DNA of 64,000 nt from Alkalispirochaeta sp. (GTDB taxonomy: Bacteria; Spirochaetota; Spirochaetia; DSM-27196; Alkalispirochaetaceae): positions 32,001 to 96,000 of the forward strand of contig CBDESZ010000022.1 of assembly GCA_965242725.1 (NCBI GenBank). The letters run 5' to 3'. This document shows positions 9,479-21,315 of the stretch, piece after piece. The notes below the pieces were generated by a model that was not told where the DNA came from, did no database searches, and was given only the letters and a program-made list of their open reading frames with translations. The position numbers were made by a program, and so were the translations under genes. Within the stretch, counting starts at the first letter, position 1. The number at the start of each line of letters is the position of its first letter.

Positions 9479-10413
9479 CCAGCGGAAGCCCGATCCCCAT
9501 CGATACCGACCAGGCTTCCCCCCTTATTACAGAGCTTATTTACCGCCTCAAAATTCGGGATATCATGACTACCGATGTGCATACGGAGTCTTCGGAACAC
9601 ACGATGCGGGATGCCCAGCAGCTGATGAAGGCAAATGGAATTACCGGAGTCCCTATCATCGAAGCGGACCGTCTGGTGGGCATTATCAGCATGGATGACG
9701 TCATCCATGCCCTGGACGACGGGAAGATCGACGCGCCGATACACTCATACATGACCCGCAAGGTGATCGTCCTGGAGGACGACATGCCGGTCAGTTTCGG
9801 GATTTCCTATCTCGAGAAGTACCGCTACGGGCGTTTTCCCGTACTCAATGCGGCAAAACAGCTTGTCGGTATCATCACAAGTCGGGACATCATTATTGCC
9901 CTCCTCCTGGAAATCAACAAAGAGGTCGAACGTTTCGAGGCGGCAAATCCGCCGCAGCAGACCGACGGCCTCGGATTTCGTCTTGAGTACGCTACCCGTC
10001 GATTTGATTTTGAGACTGCGGGGCGGCTGTCAACGGAGACGAAAAAGCAACTCAAGATCCGCAAAATGCCGCCAAAGCTGATGCGCCGTGTCGCGGTTGC
10101 GTGCTATGAGCTTGAAATGAACCAGGTGGTCCACTCCTACGGCGGTTCGGTTCGGGTTGAATTTGATCCCAACCGGGGACGCATCGATATCGTCGCCGCC
10201 GACCGCGGACCCGGCATCGAAAATGTGGACGAGGCACTCACCGAAGGCTATTCCACCGCAACCGAATGGGTGCGATCCCTCGGATTCGGAGCGGGAATGG
10301 GCCTTCCCAACACGCGACGCGTCACAGACGAATTTGACATACAATCCAGCCCGGCGGGCACAACCGTTCGGGTAACAATTTTTATTCCGGAGGCGGGTGA
10401 TGAACGTAGGTGA
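9475..10413 (+). CDS. CBS-pair protein fused to RsbT-like anti-sigma/serine kinase HATPase domain
   Basis: Two CBS repeats (IMTTDV, GVPII, YMTRKV, RFPVL), then YELEMNQVVH, DRGPGI, GYSTA, GFGAGMGLPN. Confidence 0.85.
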   Translation: MTSGSPIPIDTDQASPLITELIYRLKIRDIMTTDVHTESSEHTMRDAQQLMKANGITGVPIIEADRLVGIISMDDVIHALDDGKIDAPIHSYMTRKVIVLEDDMPVSFGISYLEKYRYGRFPVLNAAKQLVGIITSRDIIIALLLEINKEVERFEAANPPQQTDGLGFRLEYATRRFDFETAGRLSTETKKQLKIRKMPPKLMRRVAVACYELEMNQVVHSYGGSVRVEFDPNRGRIDIVAADRGPGIENVDEALTEGYSTATEWVRSLGFGAGMGLPNTRRVTDEFDIQSSPAGTTVRVTIFIPEAGDERR

Positions 10414-10735
10414 GCTCTCGGAAATCCTCAAACTCGAAACACTTCAGGGAGCCTTTGAAGACCGTCCCCTTTCGGGGGCATACACGTCTGATCTGCTCAG
10501 TGACGTAATGGCCCATGGCCACGATGCGGATGTCCTCATAACGATTCAGTCCCATAAAAATACGGTCGCAGTGGCGACGCTTATAGGGGCGGCGGCAATT
10601 CTCATTTGCAATGGACGTCCCGTTCCGGAAGAGATGATTGCCGCAGCGAGAGATGAGGAAATCGCAATTTTCCGTTCCCGGGAAGACCAGTTTACCCTTT
10701 CCGGAAAGATCTACGAGATCCTCAGGCGCACATAG
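10397..10735 (+). CDS. DRTGG-domain protein
   Basis: GAYTSDLLSDVMA...ITIQSHKNTVAVA motif. Confidence 0.8.
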   Translation: MMNVGELSEILKLETLQGAFEDRPLSGAYTSDLLSDVMAHGHDADVLITIQSHKNTVAVATLIGAAAILICNGRPVPEEMIAAARDEEIAIFRSREDQFTLSGKIYEILRRT

Positions 10736-10749
10736 CCCGGAACGCTCCG

Positions 10750-11500
10750 TTGAAAATCGTCGCGGATCTCCACAACCATTCATGCCTCAGCCCCTGTGGA
10801 GACCTCTACGCAAGTCCGTTACGCCTGGCGGAACGGGCCGCCGCCGCCGGCATTCACCTCATGGCGCTGACCGACCATAACAGTGCCGCAAACTCCCCCG
10901 CCTTTGCCGAGGCGTGCCGCCGCTGGAAAATTATGGCGCTCTTCGGAACGGAGACGACGAGCCGCGAAGAGGTTCACATTCTTTCCCTCTTTCCGACCGT
11001 CGACGCCGCCCTCGCCTGGGGCGAGTGGCTCTACGGCTATCTCCCCGATTTTCGACACGATCCCGAAAAATTCGGCGACCAGGTTATTGTGGATGTGGAT
11101 GAAAATATTATCGACTTTGAGAAGCGTTACCTCATTCCTGCGGTGGATCTTGGTATCGAGGAAATTGTTGCGAAAACTCACAAACGGAAGGGGCTGATCA
11201 TTCCCGCCCATATCGACCGCAGCGCCAACAGCATCTTCTCTCAACTCGGCTTTCTTCCCGACCTGCCCTACGACGCCCTGGAGATCACCCGGCTTCCCCC
11301 TCCCCCGGAGGACGGGACGTTTCCCGCTGATTTGCGACTCCGACGCCCATTTTCTTGACGACGTCGGACGCCGCACCTTCTCCTTTTCCGCGGATATTTC
11401 TCCCTCGTCGACTCAGGAGGAGATATTCGACGCTCTTACCGGCGCCCTGCGGAGCGGAGCAATCACTCTCTCCATCAACTTGGAAAAAGGAACATTTTGA
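10750..11500 (+). CDS. PHP-domain phosphoesterase (one frameshift near 11300-11325)
   Basis: DLHNHSCLSPC, ALTDHN, EEVH, PAHIDR. The SDAH motif and C-terminus continue in another frame to TGA at 11500. Confidence 0.8.
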
Positions 11501-11517
11501 AGTATCTTCCCCCGGTA

Positions 11518-12290
11518 ATGGGAAGAGATACTCGTACACTCCTGTTTGTTCTCGGTACGGCACTCATTCTCATTCTTCCGGTACGTGAAAATCACGGCAC
11601 TGCCGGACGTACCGCCCCCTCCGGAGGGATTTCACCTCCTGGAAGAGGCGACGCAGTACATGCTGACCATAGAGGAGCATCCGGACGAGATTCTTCGTCT
11701 GATCAATGCCGCGGAACATTCGTTTCGGAAACTTCCTGACGAACAGACGCGACAATACTGGATTGCCCGGGCGGAACTGGCACGGGCGACGAGATACAAC
11801 CAGCTGGATGAAAAAAGCAGCGCCGCCGATGCGGCGGCGCGGGGGCTGAAGGTGATAGAGCGCCTCCTTCAGGACGAACCGTTTTCCGATGGTTTACGGG
11901 TACTCGCGGATTTGCACGCTCAAATGATGTCGGCGAAGGGATTGATATACATGATACGAAACGGCAGCACAGCGAGAGACGCCGCGATCGAAGCGTTGGA
12001 ACGGGAGCCCCGGAACATAAAGGCACAGATCACCGTCGCGGGCTTTCTCCTCAATGCACCACCCATGGCGGGAGGAGACACGGAACAGGGGCGCATGGTC
12101 CTGGAGCGCGCCCTCGCACAGGAACCGGCCAGCGCAAACGACCGATTTCTCATCCTCGGGTGGCTTGCCCAGGCGAGTCACACCCTGAACGATATGGACG
12201 CGGCGGAACAATACCTCGCCGAAGCACTTTTCAATCTATCCCGAAAGCGAGTGGCTCGCCGAAATCGGTGACGAAATTCTGGAACCCTGA
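11518..12290 (+). CDS. Secreted TPR-like protein (frameshifts near 11590 and 12230)
   Basis: Signal-peptide-like MGRDTRTLLFVLGTALILILP joins ORF 11546-12271 across an A-run. Helical repeats, APPMAGGD, and a C-terminal ALSIYPESEWL in a shifted frame. Confidence 0.6.
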
Positions 12291-12296
12291 GCGACC

Positions 12297-14754
12297 CTAC
12301 CCCATCGTTGCGGTCCCGAATCACGTCACGGGGTTTGCTTCCGTTCTGGGGGCCTACGATTCCCATTCGTTCCATCTCTTCCACCATCCGGAGCGGCTCG
12401 ATTGTATCCGACCTTCAGCCGCCGCTGGAGGTAACTCGCCGACGCCTTCTGTGAGGACGTCACGACCTCAATTGCCTTTTCCATGAGCGGATCTTCCAGA
12501 ACGTCGGTATCCATGATGTCATCGTCGTCTTCGATGAAGATTTCGTCGTCTATGTAGTCAGGCTCTCCGTACTTCTTTACCTCCTCGACGACCCGTTCAA
12601 CTTCATCCTCCGAGAGAAAGGCCCCCTGAATGCGCACCGGAAAGGGATCGGCGGAGGAGGTAAAGAGCATGTCTCCCCGACCGAGAAGCTTTTTCCGCCC
12701 CGACCGTGTCGATGATGATCCGGGAATCCACCTTGCTGGCGACCATGAAGGCGATGCGGGAGGGGATATTCGCCTTAATGAGACCGGTAATGACGTCCGT
12801 CGACGGCCGCTGCGTGGCAAGGACGATGTGAATGCCGACGGCGCGGCTCATTGCGGCAAGACGGGCAACGGTGCTCTCCAGCTCCTTGCCGCTAGTGGCC
12901 ATGAGGGTCTGCAAACTCATCGATGATCACCACGATGTACGGAAGCGGTTCAGTGGCGAGATTCTTGCGTTTTATTTTGGCGTTGTACCCGGATATGTCC
13001 CGTGCTCCCAGGGAATCAAGGAGGCTGTAACGTCGTTCCATTTCATAAATCAGGTACTGCAGTGCCTGAAACGCCCCCGTTTGGGATCGGTGATGACCGG
13101 CGTGAGCAGGTGCGGTATGTCGTTGTAAAACTTCAGTTCCACGATCTTCGGATCGATGAGGATAAGCTTTACATCCGCAGGTCGTCGACGATAGAGAACT
13201 GAACAAATGATTGAGTTGACGCAGACCGATTTTCCGCTCCCCGTTGCACCCGCTATGAGGAGATGGGGGGTTCGCGTCAAATCGACGATCTGCGCCTCAC
13301 CGGCGATATCCTTCCCGAGGGCGATAGGGATACCGTGGTCGTCACCGAAGAATTCGTCGTCCCGGAGGAGCTCGCCGAAGGAGACGATGTTCCGCTCCTT
13401 GTTGGGGATCTCGATACCCACTGCATGTTTCCCCGGTATCGGTGCCACGATACGGACGCTCGAAGCCGCAAGTCTCAGGGCAATGTTGTCGGCGAGATTC
13501 GTTATTTTCGTGAGCTTCACCCCCGGCGCGGGGAGAATTTCAAACATGGTGATGACGGGACCCTTCCTGATACCCGTAACCTCCGCACGAATACCGAACT
13601 CCTCGAGGGTGACACGCAGCACTTCGCCCGCATCGCGCGTTCCGTCGTCAATTTCCCAATATCGACCGTCGGAGTATTGGTGCAGAATGGTGTCTATAGG
13701 CAGGGAGTAGGGGCGTCCGCCGCTCTTCGCGGGCTTTTTGTCGACGTTCCCGGCCAGTCCCGTTTCCCGACGCTCCGGTAACTCATCGTCTCCGTTCCAT
13801 TGGTCGAGCACGTCATCGTCGTCAAACTCCTCGTCGTCCCACTCGTCCTCTTCGTCATAGGCCGCATCGAGAATCTCCACATCGTCATCATCGGGGCCAT
13901 ACCGTCCGTCCACTTCGTCGTCGATGTCGGCGTCCACGTCGGCGGCGGGTCCGGATTTTCGGCCGAAAATGAGCGGAAGGGGCTCGTCGTCCAGCCCCTC
14001 TTCCATCTTTCGCCGGAGTGCGGAAAGGGTCCGGCCGATATCTCCGGCCGGTGTCTCTTCCCGGGGCGGGATGGTGCGGGCGACGTCATGTACGGCGTCC
14101 TCTTCGGTATATCCGTCGTCTTCCACGATGTAGGCGTATCGATCATCCCGTTCATCGTGGTCATCGAGCACCTCTTCTTCCTCTTCGAAGAGCTCCTCAA
14201 CTTCTTCCCTCCGCGCCTGTTCCGGTTCCGGGAGGGGCAGCACCTGGGATTCTTCGTCTGGAGTCTCCTCGTCATTGTCGTCGGCCTCCTGGTCCTCCTG
14301 GTCGGCAGCAAGATAGCGCCAGATCTGCATGAGTCCCACCGCCTCTATGGCGAGGACAAGGCTGAGCACGAGAATCGCACCCCGGGGCGTGAATGACTGA
14401 ACGACGAGTCGAAGGAAGGGGAGAAAGCGCTTCGCCGTCCGCCGTGAAGAGCTGCAGAATTGCGGCGATTGTCAATACGGGAACATGCACCAGATTGAGA
14501 AGGACGATCGTCGACCACGTTAGGGGTGCCTTCCGACCCGTTAACCCGGCGAGAATGAGAATGTACAGAGGAACCCACCACGCCGCCACATGTAATATGG
14601 TAAAGAGGAACCGCCCCGGTATCGCCACAATCCAGCCAAAAAAGGCGTTTGGATCGAGCATCGCGACGCCCAATGAAAGGACGACTGCAACGCCGGTTAT
14701 ACCGAGAATCGCGGCAATGATGACGTGTGCCGGATGTTTTGTACGCTGGACCAC
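12297..14754 (-). CDS. ftsK: DNA translocase FtsK/SpoIIIE (about 5 frameshifts)
   Basis: N-terminal TM segments and acidic linker; [36 protein letters not shown]; gamma domain [16 protein letters not shown]. Spread over ORFs 14272-14754, 13050-14369, 12892-13206, 12603-12920, 12326-12820 and 12178-12387. Confidence 0.92.
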
Positions 14755-14825
14755 AAATACCCTCCCTGTACCTCAGTATCGGTAGGTTGAGCCCGGGGTA
14801 TTAGGTCTTCCCGAGAGTCGGGGCG

Positions 14826-15622
14826 CTAGAAAAAGAAGAGGCCCCACAGCCCGAGGGGGACGAGGTACATGGCAAAAAGATACATCTTTCCCGCCTGGAC
14901 GATTCGCAAGAGGACGGTAAGCGCAAAGAATCCCACTATTCCGGCGGCGACACACCCTGCAAGAATATTCGCCACTCCGATCTGTGCATTCAGAGAACCG
15001 AGGTCCCGCGCCGTGAGTACAAGGGCGCCGAGTATTGCCGGAATGGAGAGGAGGAATGAGTATTCCCCCGCGGTTTTACGGTCCATGTGGGCATACAACG
15101 CCGCTGAAATGGTGATACCCGATCGGGAAATCCCGGGCAGCACCCCAAAGCCCTGGGCAACGCCAAGGAGAACCGAGTCCTTCCATCCGATATCGCCCAT
15201 TGGACGTCGCCCGGTGCTCCACCGCGTCATGATCAAAAGCGCGGCGGTGACCAGAAAGAGCACCGATGTAATCCGGGGATCGCGGATATCGAAGGATGCA
15301 TCCAGGGCGATACCGACACCTCCGTTATCGCCGTGGTGACGATGATCATCGGTATGAGCCGTACATATGGTCGATCTTCCTCGGTGACTGAACGTCCGAA
15401 AAACCGTACGAGGGCCCTCAGGAACGCCGTCACCTGACGACGCAACACGATAATGACGGCAACAAGCGTGGCCGCATGGAGGAGCACATCAAAGAGGACG
15501 GGAATTTCACCAACTCCGAAGAGTTCACGGGCAACTACCAGATGGCCGCTGCTTGAAACGGGCAGGAATTCCGTTGCCCCCTGGAGTACGCCAAGTGCTA
15601 TCGATTGAATCACATTCATCAC
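14826..15622 (-). CDS. uppP: Undecaprenyl-diphosphate phosphatase (frameshift near 15320)
   Basis: QGATEFLPVSSSGH and PGISRSG motifs in two adjacent ORFs. Confidence 0.9.
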
Positions 15623-15638
15623 ATGTTCCTTTCAGTCA

Positions 15639-18020
15639 TCATGGGTCGAAGAGTTGATGAAACGTCCGTTCCGGCGGCGTACCGTCGGCGATCCACTGGT
15701 ACATCGCTGCCGAAACGGCGATTCTCCGCACGTACCAACGAGTTTCGATAAAGGGCAGGGACTCTATTTGCAGTATCGGCGGAAGATCACCGAACTCATC
15801 TATCCACCGTCGCCCTCGTCCGAGACCTGCATTGTACGCCGCCAATTGAATGACGGGAACACTCAAGTGCTCCTCAAGATAATCCAGGTAATACGCCCCG
15901 AGACGAAGATTGTCATCGGGATTGGACAAATCAAGCGGGGCGATATCAAGGCGCCGTATCACATCGTCCGCGGTGGCGGGCATAAGCTGTGCGAGGCCGT
16001 ACGCTCCCACGTGGGACCGGGCATCCCGACGAAAATGACTCTCCTCCCGAACGAGGGCTGTCAACAACGCCGCGGGAACATCGTATCGCTGTGCCGCGGC
16101 GGCGATCTCCTGTCGAAAGGCGGGAGGATAGAGCACCGTGAGGTCATCGGCTGTAAGAGACAGTCCCTCCCCCCGCGCAACCGATCGCCGCGCAAGATCG
16201 AGCGCCGCCGAGTGGTGGCCCAGACGGGCAAGACGCCGGGCCAACGCCAGCGCGGGCGCGGCGACGGCGCCGTCCCGTGCGGGGCGGTCATCGCAAATTC
16301 AAGCGCGGCGTCCACGTCTCCCGCAGTGGTCAATGCATCGGCGATCAGGAGGAGGGCTTCACCACCTTCCCTGGGACCCGTTGATGCTCCGGGGAAGCCC
16401 CCCATTCCCCCGCGACTCATCCACCGGGAATACCTCGGCAAGGTCGGTCTCGGTTCCGGCGATGACCCGCGCCGCAAGGCCTCCAAATTCGTCGATCGAC
16501 AGAGAGCGTGTTCGTTCAAGAAGGGCATCCACCGAATCCCGGGGCGTATAGAGGCGTGACTCCGCCGCCGCCGCGAGAACGTATGACACTTGGGCGGCCG
16601 CCGCAGCCGTGACGGTGGATTCACCTTCCGACGACGTCAGGAGGTGCAGCGCCTCTTCAATCGTCCGGAACCGGCGGCGTCGTACCAGATCGGGGAGGAG
16701 GCGATCCACCGCCCGTTGCAGCTCTTCCGCAGTCGCCCCGAACGCAATCAGGTCGGAAAGGACGGGAATCAGCCCGTCCCCGGAGCCGTCGGCGGTGTAC
16801 AGCGCGAGGTAGCGGTCCCGTATTTCCCGTACAAGCGGATCGGCCGAACCGGCGCGTTCCGAGAGGATGGCACGATACACAGATTGTGCGCGATCGGGAT
16901 CATCCTGCGTCGTCGACGCACGACCCTGCAACACCGCAAGCCGTTCGACGAGGGTGGCGCCGGTATCGGGGGATTCAGGAGACGACGCGCCGGATGCGAC
17001 CGCCTGCGCCGAGAGTCGGGACAACCACGCATCCGTCGTGGGGCGGGCGACGGACAGCGCCTGATCCAGAGTGGCAAAGAGGCCGGGCAACGCCATCTCC
17101 GCCGCAACGGGCGGGGCGGCAACGGCGGAAAACTCCGGTGTTCCAGGCGCCGCGCCGGCGGAGGCGCCGGCGGAGGCGGAGGCGGAGCGAAGGTACCGGA
17201 TCAGATCGTCCGGGGGAATTCCTTCAAAGAGGCGCAGCCCTTCAATACGCTCGCCCTGGGCAACACGGTATACTCCGTCGAGCAGCCGTCGTTCAACGGG
17301 CGTGAATCGCTCAAGCGCGCCCGGGCGATAGTAAAGGTACAGGTAGAGGCGCGTGTGAATATCACCGGCAGGTACGTACAAAAAGGCGTCCAGGATGGCC
17401 TGTCGAACCGAGGGCGTGGCGGTGAACTGCGCAACTGCGAGCCATACGGCGATCTCGTCCCGAAGGGTTCGCAACGACACCTCCTCTCCGATTGTAAGCT
17501 CGTCCATATCGGGGATTTCGCCGACCAGAGCAACCAGTTGAGCGTACTCCTCCATGTTATAGAGACTTTGTCCGCGCAGATACCACCCGTCCCGATGGTA
17601 AGGATACTCCTCGGTTCCACGAATCGCCCATGCGAGCGCGGCGCCCCACTCTTCCCGCTCGGAAAAGATGTGTGCCTTCCGGATCGCCGCAAGTCCGGCC
17701 CAGGGATCGCTCCCCGCGTCGTATGCAAACTGATACGCCTCTTCCGCCGCAACCCGACGCCCCCGGCGTTCAAGTGCCCGGCCGAGAGTGAAGGGCAAAC
17801 TGCGGTGAGACTCCGCCAATTGACCGAGAAGGGAGTGCGTCACATCGAGGGTATCAAGGAAGCGGTGATCCTCCCGCGCCAGTTTCTCCGCAAACGAATC
17901 GGTGTAGCCAGCGGGTTCACCTTCTCCGGCGGGAAGAGAGCTCCCGCACGCCGTCAGGGTGAAGACACCCATGACGATAACGGCGATCAGGGAAGGGAAT
18001 TTGCGGTGAAGGGTGCTCAT
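15639..18020 (-). CDS. Lipoprotein soluble lytic transglycosylase (TPR + SLT; frameshifts near 16250-16400)
   Basis: Lipobox LTAC, helical repeats; C-terminal SLT motifs ALVREESHF, GLAQLMPATA, AAYNAG, PFIETRWY. Confidence 0.8.
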
Positions 18021-18715
18021 GTACGGAAGGTATCTGCCATTCCGAACGCCGCGGCGGTGCTTCTCAATTCGGGCAGTGCGTCGCCGCGGAGGGCAACAAA
18101 GACAAAATACGCTCCCACCATGACGATGCTCAGGACAATCAGTATCGCGGCGATAAGTACGACGATGTTAAAGGGACGACCGACAGTCCGCGCTTCCTCA
18201 GACTCTTCTTCATCGTCAAAGCCGATCAGCTCGTCGTCACCGATTGTGTCCCGCCGTTCCGCGACGGCGTCATGGAGCGCCTCTTCCCCTTCAAAGAAAT
18301 CAAAATCATCGGTGAAGTCATCTTCGTCCGATTCAAATGCCTCAAGGCGGACATCGGAAACAGCGGACGATTCATCGGGCAGCTGAAAATCCCCGGATTG
18401 GCCGGAACCGGACAGATGTGTGGAGAAACTCTGATGGTGGTCACCCGAACCGTCCCGGATTGTAGCCTCCACCGCACCGGAGCTGTCCAGCGAGAGCTGA
18501 AACTCCAACTCCCGCCCCGCCTCTTCCGGAAGATCGTCAAGCACGAGGGACCCGACAAATTCGTCGCCTTCTTCGCTTCGACGGATCAGATCTACCTGCA
18601 CACTCTGCTGTCCATCCCGCGCCACGGTGAGGACCATCCGCTTTTTCTGCGGCTCATCGTCGGTAAGTACCGGATAAAAAGTGTGATCTGCAAGTTTTAT
18701 ACCAATTTGTGCCAC
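18017..18715 (-). CDS. Membrane protein with Hsp70 substrate-binding-like N-terminus, acidic linker and one TM helix
   Basis: IGIKLAD...TVARDGQQSVQVDL...LSLDSSGAVEATIRD resembles the DnaK beta-sandwich; TM IVVLIAAILIVLSIVMVGAYFVFVAL. Confidence 0.6.
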   Translation of the reverse strand: MAQIGIKLADHTFYPVLTDDEPQKKRMVLTVARDGQQSVQVDLIRRSEEGDEFVGSLVLDDLPEEAGRELEFQLSLDSSGAVEATIRDGSGDHHQSFSTHLSGSGQSGDFQLPDESSAVSDVRLEAFESDEDDFTDDFDFFEGEEALHDAVAERRDTIGDDELIGFDDEEESEEARTVGRPFNIVVLIAAILIVLSIVMVGAYFVFVALRGDALPELRSTAAAFGMADTFRT

Positions 18716-18836
18716 GACGCGCTCCTACGATATTGACGCTATGGATTTATCCCCTCTTTGTCAACGCGACGGCGGCGGGAGCGGAACGTCATGGCCAGCG
18801 CATTAAATCAGAGGAGCCGGCGGCAGGTGCGGAACG

Positions 18837-18865
18837 TTGACACGCCACAACGGCCGACGGATAAT
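18837..18865 (+). promoter_or_regulatory. Sigma70-type promoter for a leaderless transcript
   Basis: TTGACA-17 nt-GATAAT, 6 nt before ATG 18872, no SD. Confidence 0.7.
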
Positions 18866-18871
18866 GGCGCA

Positions 18872-20228
18872 ATGCCGTTTCCCGTCATAATTGGCATCCT
18901 TATTCTGGTTATTTCTCTTTTGACTGCCGTCTACTGGTTCACACTGGGGAACAAAGATACTCCCAAGAAGAAAAAACAGAACGCTCCACAACGGCAGGAT
19001 CGTAACGCCGTATTGCGGGAGGCCAATCGTCAACTGGCGTCAAATCCCCGTGACCACCGGGCCCTCAACCAGATTGCGGACCTCTACTACGACGAACAGT
19101 CGTGGGAGAAGTCTATGAAAACCTACGGTATTCTCATGAATCTCGCCGCGTCAAATCAGGAGATCGACGAATGTCTGGTCACCACCCGCTACGGACTCTC
19201 GGCGCTCCAGCTCAACCAGTATGATGAGGCGTACAAGGCGCTCATGGTCGCCCGGACGATCAATGAAGAGCCCTTTGACATCAATTACAACCTGGGATAC
19301 CTGGAATATCGGCGGAAAAATTACGAACGGGCGGCACAACTCCTTCGCGCCGCCCTGGAAGCGCAGCCGGAACACGTTGCCGTACGACGGTACCTCGGGC
19401 GGACCATGTACAAGCTCCAGAAATTCAAGGACGCCCTCCGATATCTGCGGCAGGTCGTAGACCTCGCGCCGGAAGACAAGGAGTCTCTCTTTTTTTCTCG
19501 CCCAGAGTTACCATGAGCTGGGACAGAACGAGCAGGCCCTCATGATTTTCAGCCACCTCAGGCCCGACCCGACCATGGGACCCCACGCATCGTTGTTTGC
19601 GGGTATTATCCGCATGTCAAAACGGGAACTCGAAAAGGCGACGATGGATTTTGAACTCGGCCTGCGCCACGAAAAAGTGCGGGAAGATGTTGCCCTGGAG
19701 CTTCGCTACCGCCTGGCCGATGCCTACACGCGACAACAGGACATCGGAAAGGCGCTCCATCAGCTCGTTGAAATTCACCGGGTCAATCCGGGGTACAAGG
19801 ACGTAGCCGCCCAGATCGCCCGCAACAAGGAACTCCACAGCAATCGCCACCTGCAGATCTATCTCATCTCGCCAACCAGCGAATTTCTCTCTCTCTGCCG
19901 CAGGATGGTCATGACGTTCTACAATAACGCGAAAGTGAAGATCGTGGACGTGCAGATTCAACAAAATGAATACGCCGACATCCTGACGGAGGTCGAAACT
20001 GCACGATGGGAAGATGTGATTCTCTTTCGATTTATCCGCGGTACCGGCCAGGTGGGAGAACTGGTTGTTCGCGAACTTAACTCCCGGCTCAAAGAGACGA
20101 GGGCGGGACGCGGATTTTGCATCACCGCCGGTTCATATTCCGAGACGGCGACGCATTTTGTGGAGGCACGGCTGATAGACCTCCTGGACAAGGACAAACT
20201 CCTGGAAATATTCAACCGCCTCGACTGA
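18872..20228 (+). CDS. Membrane-anchored TPR protein with C-terminal Mrr-like restriction-endonuclease-fold domain (frameshift near 19495)
   Basis: N-terminal TM and multiple TPRs; C-terminal GELVVREL...RGFCITAGSYSETATHFVEARLIDLLD; T-run at the junction of the two ORFs. Confidence 0.7.
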
Positions 20229-20234
20229 GTATCG

Positions 20235-21315
20235 TTACCGTTCCACGGTGTATCGGACTATCTGTGCCGTCTCCTGGTTGGTCGCGACGATATGGTCTCC
20301 GCCGGGATGGTGGACCACCGTCACCTGGGCTGTTCCCGTCCCCTCGGCGATGGTCACAACCGCGGGCTCCTGTTCTCCCGTCCATTGAAGAAGTTCCAGA
20401 TTCTTGTGTCCGCTGCGGTTTCCTACAATGACCGAGGGCACGCCGTTGACCGGACCGGCCCAGAGCCCGTGGCCGAAGGCTATGGGACGGGTCTCCCGGC
20501 GAGCGGCAGGAGCGTCGTCAACGGTGTCATAGACAACCAACTCATCGCCGTGAAAGGGTTCGATCGTCACCATTTCATCACGGCCATCCTGATCAATATC
20601 GAGAAACGCCATTTCCGAGACTTCGCCGTTGAAAATTTTGTGAAAGCGCCACCGTTCTTCCGGCAATTCCGGGATCGCGGCGCGATACATCCCCCTCCTC
20701 GCCGGAAATATAGATCCATCGCCCCCGGGCGAGAAGTCCGTGGTTCTTATGCAGTTCCGGCAGCACCGGCCGGAGCGGTATCGGCGCATCGGCGGGTAGA
20801 TAGTCGAGGCCCCCGCCGTCCCGTCGGCCCGTCGTCGCGGAGTTGCCGAGGGCGTGGGCGAGGCGGTTCCCGGGAATTTCCGCTGCGAAGAGGGCTCCCG
20901 GTCGACACCAGTCATCCCTGTCGCTCTTTGTCAGGGCGATCGTTGCCGCAAGGACGACGACACCCGTTCCGTTTGCATAGCTGTGTAACCGATGCAGAAA
21001 GGGAAGATCAAACAACCGTACCGGAGACCCCGCTTCGGTGACTCCCGCGACGTAGACGGCGGATCGGTGAAAGTCGTATCCCACATTGGAGCCGCCGATC
21101 ATGAAGACGGCGTCCCGACCTGGCACCGGTACGATGTCGAGACACCCTCCGGGACCTTCCGATACGGTTGTCACGTCCCATTGCTTCGGGTCTATACGCA
21201 CCACCGCACCGGCCCCTTCGCTGGCGACGATGACGGCGGTGCCGAATGAAAAATCGACCTTCCGTGCAACATATGGATTCGGCATTGAGGCGAGAACCGC
21301 GGCGGTGATCTTCAC
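20235..21315 (-). CDS. Conserved hypothetical beta-propeller/FG-GAP-like protein (frameshift near 20690)
   Basis: PFLHRL, DDWCRPG, KNHGL, DIDQDGRDEMVTIEPFHGD; GTG start overlaps the upstream stop. Confidence 0.55.

Noticed and set aside
13780..14300. TCG/TCA-rich repetitive DNA
   Set aside because: It is the Asp/Glu-rich FtsK linker read on the other strand, not a repeat array.
12297..14754. ftsK pseudogene or programmed frameshifting
   Set aside because: Motifs are intact and similar indels occur throughout the window; sequencing error is simpler.
16590..18386. Long alternative ORFs (598 aa here; also 3251-4225, 24195-25319, 30173-31264, 52588-53742)
   Set aside because: They lie antisense to well-supported genes and have no motifs; expected shadows in GC-rich DNA.
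19850..20228. Mrr restriction/defence system
   Set aside because: The domain is fused to a membrane TPR protein in a housekeeping context, its catalytic motif looks degenerate, and no defence genes are nearby.
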